This document shows positions 32,939 through 39,096 of a DNA stretch of 39,096 bases, in pieces. The notes under the pieces were generated by a model. That model worked only from the letters and a program-made list of their open reading frames with translations. It searched no databases and was not told where the DNA came from. The stretch spans positions 1 through 39,096 of IMG/VR virus record IMGVR_UViG_3300045988_041986, one strand, 5' to 3'. Numbering within the stretch: the first letter of the stretch is position 1; the number at the start of each line of letters is the position of its first letter. Made by a program: the position numbers and the translations under genes. Origin of the DNA: a virus.

Positions 32939-33278
32939 TTATAAGCTGAAGCAACGGGTCAGTGTCACCCTCGGAATTATCATCACTGGAAAATCTCGAA
33001 ATGATCTTCATTAACGTGCTGACTGTCTTATTTGCACTGTCAGTTGTTCGGTTATAATCCTGAATGGCTGGATGTGAATATACGTTTTTTCTTCCTTTTA
33101 CATATTCTTTTGTAACCAACACGCCGTCATTTTTGATTGACGATTCAAGCTCGTTTAATATTTTCAACTGTACCATGTATCGCCTGAATGTCGTAATGAA
33201 GAAGAAGTTTTTATCAACCCCAAACGCTTCTGCTTTCTGTAATATTTCTTCAGCCTGTTCATTTACTGTTTTTCGCAT
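32904..33278 (-). CDS. terS: Terminase small subunit (P27 family)
   Basis: 124 aa. FFITTFRRYMVQLKILNELESSIKNDGVLVTKEY..GRKNVYSHPAIQDYNRT is typical of P27-family TerS. It lies immediately upstream of terL. Confidence 0.75.
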   Translation of the reverse strand: MRKTVNEQAEEILQKAEAFGVDKNFFFITTFRRYMVQLKILNELESSIKNDGVLVTKEYVKGRKNVYSHPAIQDYNRTTDSANKTVSTLMKIISRFSSDDNSEGDTDPLLQLINGGDDDGSDEQ

Positions 33279-34363
33279 AATTCTCTCACCGCCTTTAATG
33301 CACTTTTGATTGTATCTTCCATATCGTAATATTTATACTCTGCAAGCCTTCCAACTGTGATCAATCCGTCACGGTCTGCAAGCTCTTTGTACTTCTGATA
33401 CAGTGCTTTGTTCTTTTCATCCTCAATCGGATAGTATCGCTCTTTCCCGATATCCCATTTCTGCGGATATTCCTTCGTGATAATGGTTGTCGGTGTCTTA
33501 ACTCCTGTGAAATGCTTGTGTTCAATAACTCTGGTATACGGCACTCTAGCATCGGTATAATTCACGACAGCATTGCCTTGATGATTTTCTTCCTTCAATT
33601 CCTCAGTTTCAAATTTCAGACTACGATATTCCAATGTTCCAAAGCAATAACCGTACCATTCATCAATAGCACCTGTCAGAACCACGTTTTTTGCCCTTTT
33701 TAGCCACTTTGTGCTTGAGCATGAACATTTATACCCTGTTACCACTTCAACGCCTTCTAGGAGTCTTTCTACGGTCTTAGAATAACCATCTACTGGAATG
33801 CCTTGGTACTTTGCATTGAAATAATTATTGTTGTATGTGAATCGCAACGGAATACGCCTGATAATACTTTTGTCAAGTTCCTTGCATGGCTTGCCCCACT
33901 GCTTTTCTGTATATCCTTTTATCAACTTATCATAAATATCCATGCCTACAAGATTTAGAACATATTCTTCAAGATTCTTCGGATTTTTACACGGTATCCG
34001 TTGTTCTTCAATCTTCTTTTTAGCTTCTTCAGGTGTTACAACGCCCCACAATTTAGAAAATGTGTTCATGTTGAACGGAAGGTTATATATTTCGCCTTTG
34101 TAATTTGCAATAGGTTCATTGATGAAATTGTTAAAACTAGCGAAACGGTTAACATAATCCCATATATCAATATCATTAGTTCTAAATATATGAGGGCCGT
34201 ATAGATGCACATTTATTCCGCTGATTTCTCTGTCTCTAATATTTCCACCTACAGCATCACGTTTTTCAAGAATAACGCATTTATAACCCTTGTCCGTCAA
34301 TTCTCTGGCAATCACTGAACCACTCAGCCCCGCACCTACAATCAGATAGTCAATGTCTTTCAT
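33263..34363 (-). CDS. glf: UDP-galactopyranose mutase (FAD-dependent)
   Basis: MKDIDYLIVGAGLSGSVIARELTDKGYKCVILEKRDAVGGN...VHLYGPHIFRTNDIDIWDYVNRF..FNNF...NYKGEIYNLPFNMNTF closely follows the bacterial Glf sequence pattern (E. coli Glf YDYIIVGSGLFG...HKYGAHIFHTNDKYIWDYVN...NLPFNMNTF). Confidence 0.9.
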   Translation of the reverse strand: MKDIDYLIVGAGLSGSVIARELTDKGYKCVILEKRDAVGGNIRDREISGINVHLYGPHIFRTNDIDIWDYVNRFASFNNFINEPIANYKGEIYNLPFNMNTFSKLWGVVTPEEAKKKIEEQRIPCKNPKNLEEYVLNLVGMDIYDKLIKGYTEKQWGKPCKELDKSIIRRIPLRFTYNNNYFNAKYQGIPVDGYSKTVERLLEGVEVVTGYKCSCSSTKWLKRAKNVVLTGAIDEWYGYCFGTLEYRSLKFETEELKEENHQGNAVVNYTDARVPYTRVIEHKHFTGVKTPTTIITKEYPQKWDIGKERYYPIEDEKNKALYQKYKELADRDGLITVGRLAEYKYYDMEDTIKSALKAVRELCEKQ

Positions 34364-35213
34364 TCTTACACCACCTTTCAGACAGAAGTTTCGGCACGGC
34401 ATTATTCCAACTAATTTCGTGATGAATCCTGAAGTCCGTAATTCCCATTGCCGAAACTTTTACAAATGAAGGGCAACACATGACACTGTAGAACGATTTT
34501 CTATATGTACCATTCTTTTTATAGATATCAGTCATTCCACCAGCATCACGCTGAGTCGCAGGAGTAATCACCTGCAAGCTCGAAATGCTATAGAACAGCT
34601 TTCCTCGTGATCCATACAAAACGCATGATGTTATATCATCATTCATACGCATGACAAATTTCACTTTGTCTTTTGCTTTTAAGAAAAACGATCCCATTGT
34701 TTTCCTGAACATTCCTTTTTGGAACCTGTCACTAGCAACTCCGCCAATGTAATCACTTGATAATGCGAATGATAAAGCAGTCAACGGCGTTGATAAAAAT
34801 AAATCAAGGCACGCATCGAATATAGCATCAAGGTCAGTGACCATCATGCTTTGTAATTTTTCATCATCTGCATATCTGATTGAGATTTCAGAAAAATCAT
34901 CATCAAGCTGTAGGTGACATTCATAGCCAAGACGTTCTGCTTCATCTTGAATAAAGTTTCTCGCAAACACGCCAACCCTTCTATCTGTGTCCATATCGCC
35001 AAGGTCGATTTTGCTTACATAGTCTCGCTTATCAAATTGAATGATGTGATTTCCAAACTCATTTCTGTACAGTTCTTCTTGATCATCCTCATTGTCTATA
35101 ACAACATACCAATCGCCTGTATAATGGAAACGTTTCAACATATTAACTGTCTTGATGTTGTTCGCTCTGCCATGCGAAAGAATAAATACAGCAAAGTTTT
35201 TATTCTGCATCAT
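34350..35213 (-). CDS. Putative GT-A-fold nucleotide-sugar transferase, paralog 2 (uncharacterised family)
   Basis: FAVFILSHGR...YTGDWYVVIDNED...GVFARN...CHLQLDDDF...DYIGGV. A hydrophobic strand followed by DDD is DXD-like. It is clearly paralogous to 35982-36827. No TM segment. Confidence 0.4.
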   Translation of the reverse strand: MMQNKNFAVFILSHGRANNIKTVNMLKRFHYTGDWYVVIDNEDDQEELYRNEFGNHIIQFDKRDYVSKIDLGDMDTDRRVGVFARNFIQDEAERLGYECHLQLDDDFSEISIRYADDEKLQSMMVTDLDAIFDACLDLFLSTPLTALSFALSSDYIGGVASDRFQKGMFRKTMGSFFLKAKDKVKFVMRMNDDITSCVLYGSRGKLFYSISSLQVITPATQRDAGGMTDIYKKNGTYRKSFYSVMCCPSFVKVSAMGITDFRIHHEISWNNAVPKLLSERWCKNERH

Positions 35214-35979
35214 CTTCACCGCCCCCACCTTCAGCGATTAAGTCCTGTACTACCTTTGTAAGCTTCACATATCCATTTGCAATTGCATCATCAATGTCAA
35301 TAATGACAAGTGCTGATTTCTCCATAAGAATCTGCATTTCTTCAGAAGCATTGGAATAATAGTCAGCAATCTTTGAATAATTGAATTTAAGATGTCTGTA
35401 AGCCCCCTTGATAAGAAAATTCTTCTGATCTTCAGAAACATTAGATGCCTTGATTTCCTTGATTAACTCGTTTGTTTTCTCATCGTCAATCAAATCCATA
35501 ATATCGACAAAATCGCCTGTCGGTTCGTACTGTGGAATGTGTTTCTTCTGGCTGTAAGGATTTTCTTCGTCTGGAAGCTCAACGTCCATAGTATCATCAT
35601 CCTTGAAAAGATCATCACCGAACTGAGTCATATCCATCATGATGTCGCTCAGTTCTTCAGCAAGTTTAGTGTTATCCCATGTACTATACTCAGACACCTT
35701 ATTATCTGCAATCCTGAATGCCTTTATCTGGTCTTCTGTAAGGTCGTCAGCCACAATACAAGGGACCTCGTCAATGCCTAGCTTCTTACATGCTTTAAGT
35801 CTTGTATGACCTGTGATCAATACGCCGTCACCACTCACAACGCACGGAACTTTGAAGCCGAACTCCTCAATGCTTTTTGCTACATAGTCAACAGCTTCAT
35901 CATTGTTTCTCGGATTGTTCTCATACGGAATCAAGTCCTTAACTTTCTTGTAAACGATATTCATTTTTTTGCTTTCCAT
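35200..35979 (-). CDS. ParB/Srx-fold N-terminal domain protein with a non-methyltransferase C-terminal domain
   Basis: VKDLIPYENNPRNNDEAVDYVAKSIEEFGFKVPCVV...LITGHTRLKACKKLGIDEVPCIV...IKAFRIADNK matches the ParB-like nuclease domain seen at the N-terminus of phage ParB-methylase fusions. The C-terminal 140 aa are unrecognised. Confidence 0.7.
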   Translation of the reverse strand: MESKKMNIVYKKVKDLIPYENNPRNNDEAVDYVAKSIEEFGFKVPCVVSGDGVLITGHTRLKACKKLGIDEVPCIVADDLTEDQIKAFRIADNKVSEYSTWDNTKLAEELSDIMMDMTQFGDDLFKDDDTMDVELPDEENPYSQKKHIPQYEPTGDFVDIMDLIDDEKTNELIKEIKASNVSEDQKNFLIKGAYRHLKFNYSKIADYYSNASEEMQILMEKSALVIIDIDDAIANGYVKLTKVVQDLIAEGGGGEDDAE

Positions 35980-35981
35980 TT

Positions 35982-36827
35982 TTACGCCCTGCCTTTCTTA
36001 TATTGCCCGCTTAATATTTTAGGATATGCGTTCTCAGATACTACAGTCCAGTCGTATCCATCTCCTGACTCTTTCAGCTTTATGCAATCAGGGTGGAACA
36101 TAACGACGTAATACCTCAACCTGTAAGAGCCTATCTTGTCGTAGTCCTCAATACTACCGCCACTGCTTTTTGATTTTCGCTTTGGGATCCATACATCATA
36201 TGTGCTCATAACAGGAATGAATTTGAATCCTGCATGACCTTTTTGTGCTTCATCGACAACCGTAATTATGTCGTCTGAAAATCTGCTTCGCCATTTGATT
36301 TTGTTTGACGTTCTGAGAAAAAAACTGTTCATTACAGCCCTGTTTGCTTTTCCACTTTCAAACGTTGGCACACCGCCGATATAATCAACGGCATTTCCGA
36401 ATCCTAAACACTGCACAGGTGCTTCATCAAAGTATTGGCATATTCCATCAAACAGCCTGTCAAGTTCTCTAGCCTTGATTCCTCTTAAATGCCCATCATC
36501 ATTATATCTGTACGAAAGATTTTCAAGATCATCGTCAAGCTCTAGGTAGTAAGTCAGCCTGTTTTTCTCTGCAACCTTCAAACATTGGTTGCGTGCAAAC
36601 ACTCCACATGCCTTACTGCCACCCAAGTCTCCAGTATCGAAGTCTTCTTCTTTGTGGAATACATAAACATCAGCCCCGTACCTTTCAAGATAATCTGGTA
36701 GCGTTTTGTCTTCATCATCAACAACGATATAGATTTTTCCTGTATATCCACACTCACGAAGCACCTTTACCGTACTGCACTCAGGTCTGCCATGTGAGAT
36801 TACGATACACGCAAAGTCTTTTCGCAT
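35982..36827 (-). CDS. Putative GT-A-fold nucleotide-sugar transferase, paralog 1 (uncharacterised family)
   Basis: FACIVISHGR...YTGKIYIVVDDED...GVFARN...YYLELDDDL...DYIGGV. RBS GAGGAAGGGAG. No TM segment. Confidence 0.4.
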   Translation of the reverse strand: MRKDFACIVISHGRPECSTVKVLRECGYTGKIYIVVDDEDKTLPDYLERYGADVYVFHKEEDFDTGDLGGSKACGVFARNQCLKVAEKNRLTYYLELDDDLENLSYRYNDDGHLRGIKARELDRLFDGICQYFDEAPVQCLGFGNAVDYIGGVPTFESGKANRAVMNSFFLRTSNKIKWRSRFSDDIITVVDEAQKGHAGFKFIPVMSTYDVWIPKRKSKSSGGSIEDYDKIGSYRLRYYVVMFHPDCIKLKESGDGYDWTVVSENAYPKILSGQYKKGRA

Positions 36828-36845
36828 ATGCTCTCTCCCTTCCTC

Positions 36846-36865
36846 AATGTTCCACGTGGAACATT
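36846..36865. promoter_or_regulatory. 20-bp perfect palindrome AATGTTCCACGTGGAACATT abutting the RBS of the first module gene
   Basis: The reverse complement is identical to the forward sequence. It ends 4 nt from GAGGAAGGGAG. Confidence 0.6.
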
Positions 36866-36878
36866 TTTCGCTGTTTTT

Positions 36879-36893
36879 GTTTCTTTTTGAAAC
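36879..36893. promoter_or_regulatory. Perfect copy of the GTTTC-N5-GAAAC palindrome upstream of the sugar-transfer module
   Basis: GTTTCTTTTTGAAAC is followed on the minus strand by the same A-tract spacer architecture as cassettes A-C, but not by a recognisable -35/-10. Confidence 0.5.
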
Positions 36894-36913
36894 ATAAAAA
36901 CGGCCATATCCAC

Positions 36914-36943
36914 ATTATAGCGTGAAATTTGCCGTTTTTCCAA
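36914..36943 (-). promoter_or_regulatory. Candidate promoter (TTGGAA, 18 bp, TATAAT) for the sugar-transfer module / packaging operon
   Basis: The -35 is at 36938-36943 and the -10 at 36914-36919 on the minus strand, in the 207-bp HNH-to-module gap. Confidence 0.4.
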
Positions 36944-37034
36944 AAAACCATAAGATTTTTTAAATTTTGTGTTCATTCCTTTGGGCGTTTCATCTCACTG
37001 TCTCACCAGAAAATGCCCGTTACCATGGGGGGGA

Positions 37035-37412
37035 TTATTTCAGCCTGTCTATCCTCTGCCTTGCTAACTTCTTTAAATACTTTTTGTCAATCATTCCTGC
37101 ATCAGCTAACCTGTGACAGTCTTTGCATAAACAGATAAGGTTATCATCATCCAACCATAGGTCTGGATTGTCTTTCAGCTTCTCTATGTGATGTACCTCA
37201 ACATTTCTGTAATTGTAGATACCTTTATCCTTACATACTTCACACAGATAGTTTGCATCTTCTCTAATCTGTTTGCTTTTATCTGTCCATGCGCTCTTGC
37301 TTCTCAGCCTTGACTCTTTGTAACTGTACTTGTAGTGCTTCTTTTCTACCTTGCACACATACCCTTTCGGATGTATCCTTCCACATCTGCTACAAGCATA
37401 ATAGCCTTGCAT
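37035..37412 (-). CDS. HNH endonuclease (packaging-associated type)
   Basis: CSRCG...C, then CEVCKDKGIYNYRNVEVHHIEKLKDNP...DDNLICLCKDCH, gives an HNH core with flanking zinc-binding Cys pairs. Confidence 0.85.
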   Translation of the reverse strand: MQGYYACSRCGRIHPKGYVCKVEKKHYKYSYKESRLRSKSAWTDKSKQIREDANYLCEVCKDKGIYNYRNVEVHHIEKLKDNPDLWLDDDNLICLCKDCHRLADAGMIDKKYLKKLARQRIDRLK

Positions 37413-37413
37413 C

Positions 37414-38454
37414 TTACTTCACTCTTATACGCTGTCCAACATGAATCTTGTTCGGATTAGCAATACCGTTGATCTGTGCTAAATGCTGATATGTTGTTCC
37501 GTATTTAGAAGCAATACCACTTAATGTATCGCCACGTTTAACAGTATAATATACTGCTTTACTTGCTTTATTAGCATTCATCAATTTACTAACAATTGCT
37601 TGTATTGCATTGTAGTTATATCCTGCACTTGTTAAACGCTGTTTGCGATCATTACCATTGCCCCACTTTCCAGCAATGACTTCCTGTGCAATCTCTTCAT
37701 TAGATTTCTTTGTCAGCTTTGCATTCACTGCATTCTGAACAGCATTGTAATCATATCCTGCGTCGGTTAAGCGTTTATTTCTGTCAGCTCCATTGCCCCA
37801 CTGACCCGCAATTACTTCATCAGCAATCTGATCAATTGGTTTTGGCTGAGGTTTAACTGGTGTTGTGTTACCTCTTGAATATCTTGAAAGGTCTGCATAC
37901 ATTACATTCTTGTCTAATGGCTTAGAAGTGTACTGTTGTAATGTGCCATTTTGTGAAGTGTTTGTGTGCTGTGTTCCGTCATTCTTGCCCCAATTAGCAA
38001 CCCATTTATCAAATCTGTCATTTAAGCCTTTTACATAGTCAAGCCATGAGCTAGATGTGTAAATACCTGAATAATATCCTGCATCCTCAATGATCTTACA
38101 GAATTTATAGCAGATTGGTGCAATTGTTGAATTAGAGAACTTGAAACCGTGCTTTTTCTTATATCCGTCTGCGTCCTCCATATCAAACCAAACCCCAACT
38201 TTAATGTCATTCTTATATTTTGCAATTGCGTTAAGCACTCCTTTAGCCTCTGCTTCTGCCTCTGCTTCATTTAGTGCATATGAATAATGATAAACGCCAA
38301 ATGGAATACCTAAACGTTTGCACTCGTTAACGTTTCTTTCAAATTTTTCGTCTAAATGGAAATGTCCATATCCAACTCTAATAATTACAAACTGTCCTTT
38401 ATATGGCTCTAAATTAATATTGCCGTTGTGTTTTGAAATATCAATACCGTACAT
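37414..38454 (-). CDS. Endolysin: GH25 muramidase + 2x CW_7 repeats + LysM
   Basis: GH25 N-terminus [30 protein letters not shown]. Two CW_7 repeats: [34 protein letters not shown] and [34 protein letters not shown]-terminal Lys[45 protein letters not shown]. Confidence 0.9.
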   Translation of the reverse strand: MYGIDISKHNGNINLEPYKGQFVIIRVGYGHFHLDEKFERNVNECKRLGIPFGVYHYSYALNEAEAEAEAKGVLNAIAKYKNDIKVGVWFDMEDADGYKKKHGFKFSNSTIAPICYKFCKIIEDAGYYSGIYTSSSWLDYVKGLNDRFDKWVANWGKNDGTQHTNTSQNGTLQQYTSKPLDKNVMYADLSRYSRGNTTPVKPQPKPIDQIADEVIAGQWGNGADRNKRLTDAGYDYNAVQNAVNAKLTKKSNEEIAQEVIAGKWGNGNDRKQRLTSAGYNYNAIQAIVSKLMNANKASKAVYYTVKRGDTLSGIASKYGTTYQHLAQINGIANPNKIHVGQRIRVK

Positions 38455-38467
38455 TTTTTATCCCTCC

Positions 38468-38815
38468 TTATTTGACCTTGTCTTCAAGTTCTTTGATTCT
38501 TGCTTCGTGATCATCTTTGTACTTAAACAACGTATTTACGCGTTCCTTAACAAGTACGATTTGCTCTGATACATTTTTCAACTGCTCAGCCTTTTCACTG
38601 TTCTCTGCCATCATCTTTTTTGTGGTGTCACAAAAATCGTCAAGTTTTAAGTTTATCTTTACAAAATTTTTTTCGATATCCATCTGCCTATTCTTTTCTC
38701 GCTCTGCCTGTTCTTCCTGACGTTTTTTGCCACCTGCAAAAGTGTTGATCAACGTACATGCAAGCGATGTCAAAGAAATAAGTAATGCGATGCTTACGCT
38801 TGTTTCAGGAGTCAT
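38468..38815 (-). CDS. Lysis-cassette membrane protein (N-terminal TM + coiled coil; XhlA-like role possible)
   Basis: The TM segment is VSIALLISLTSLACTLINTFAG, followed by an E/K-rich coiled coil. The gene lies between the holin and the endolysin. Confidence 0.4.
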   Translation of the reverse strand: MTPETSVSIALLISLTSLACTLINTFAGGKKRQEEQAEREKNRQMDIEKNFVKINLKLDDFCDTTKKMMAENSEKAEQLKNVSEQIVLVKERVNTLFKYKDDHEARIKELEDKVK

Positions 38816-39019
38816 TTATTCACCCCTTTTATAATTTGCTGAACTAATCTGTAAACATGCACCAATGCAAGTGCCAATTGCCGAAATAGTTCCTGCAATT
38901 GCTTCTGCATAACTCCATCCCCAGATTTTTCCGAGCGTGATAATTAACACCGAAAATGCGTTTGTTCCAACAAGTGCTACCCACTTTAAAATGTCATATG
39001 TTTTATTAGAAAATACCAT
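38816..39019 (-). CDS. Holin (Phage_holin_1 / Dp-1-like small two-TM type)
   Basis: 67 aa. TYDILKWVALVGTNAFSVLIITLGKIWGWSY...IAGTISAIGTCIGACLQISSANY resembles Gram-positive phage holins. GGAGGG RBS. It is the first gene of the lysis cassette. Confidence 0.65.
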   Translation of the reverse strand: MVFSNKTYDILKWVALVGTNAFSVLIITLGKIWGWSYAEAIAGTISAIGTCIGACLQISSANYKRGE

Positions 39020-39096
39020 TTTTTGCCCTCCTTTTCTAACATTTTTTTACCCTCTTTCACAAGAGTAATTATACCCTAATTATGCCAAAAAAAAAG
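38998..39096. repeat. Exact 99-bp terminal direct repeat, copy 2
   Basis: Identical to 1-99 by direct comparison. Confidence 0.95.

Noticed and set aside
32904-32940. Tandem 15-nt duplication ATGGCGGTGACGATG / ATGGCAGTGACGAGC at the terS-terL overlap
   Set aside because: It is explained by the repetitive G-x-D-D acidic tail of TerS read in one frame and two alternative TerL starts (MAVT) in the other. There is no evidence for a separate element.
1-39096. Search for a pyrimidine hydroxymethylase, TET/JBP dioxygenase, DNA methyltransferase or 7-deazaguanine genes that would supply a DNA acceptor for glycosylation
   Set aside because: No ORF shows a thymidylate-synthase-like, 2OG-Fe(II) HxD...H, SAM-binding or QueC/DpdA-type pattern by eye. 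The DNA-glycosylation hypothesis therefore stays unproven and is listed only as one of three options.

Overview
This window is a complete, circularly closed temperate siphovirus-type phage or excised prophage genome from a low-GC Gram-positive (Firmicutes-like) host. Bases 1-99 are repeated exactly at 38998-39096, so the unique length is 38,997 bp. All well-supported genes are on the minus strand except a CI-like repressor and a large serine integrase on the plus strand. Reading the minus strand downward from the cro-like gene (12804), the first block is a recombination/replication module: ERF annealase, Gp157-like protein, PD-(D/E)XK exonuclease, SSB, NinB-like protein, DUF1064 nuclease, DnaD-like organizer and DnaC-like loader. 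About 19 small, mostly unrecognisable accessory ORFs follow (6463 down to 200), several of them free-standing promoter-gene-terminator cassettes. Across the circular junction come a holin, a membrane coiled-coil protein, a GH25/CW_7/LysM endolysin and an HNH endonuclease. Next is a four-gene cargo: GT-A-like protein, ParB-like protein, GT-A-like paralog and UDP-galactopyranose mutase. The packaging and virion genes then run as P27-type TerS, TerL, HK97-type portal, ClpP-like protease, major capsid, connectors, major tail protein, a G/GT chaperone with a canonical -1 slippery site, tape measure and Dit. A fibre cassette ending in XkdW/XkdX-like genes, a collar-domain fibre, Tal and a DUF859-like receptor-binding candidate complete the tail module. 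The most interesting signal is the glf-containing sugar-transfer module wedged between HNH and terS and translationally coupled to the packaging operon. It is a candidate undescribed phage glycosylation system whose target could be DNA, the virion or the host cell wall. The second signal is a 15-bp palindrome, GTTTC-N5-GAAAC, with 5 perfect and 3 one-mismatch copies. All but two (9105, 12509) are intergenic; it lies about 62 bp upstream of three paralogous early promoters but downstream of two candidate late promoters, and overlaps the lysogeny switch. Function calls are from by-eye motif recognition only; no searches were run.
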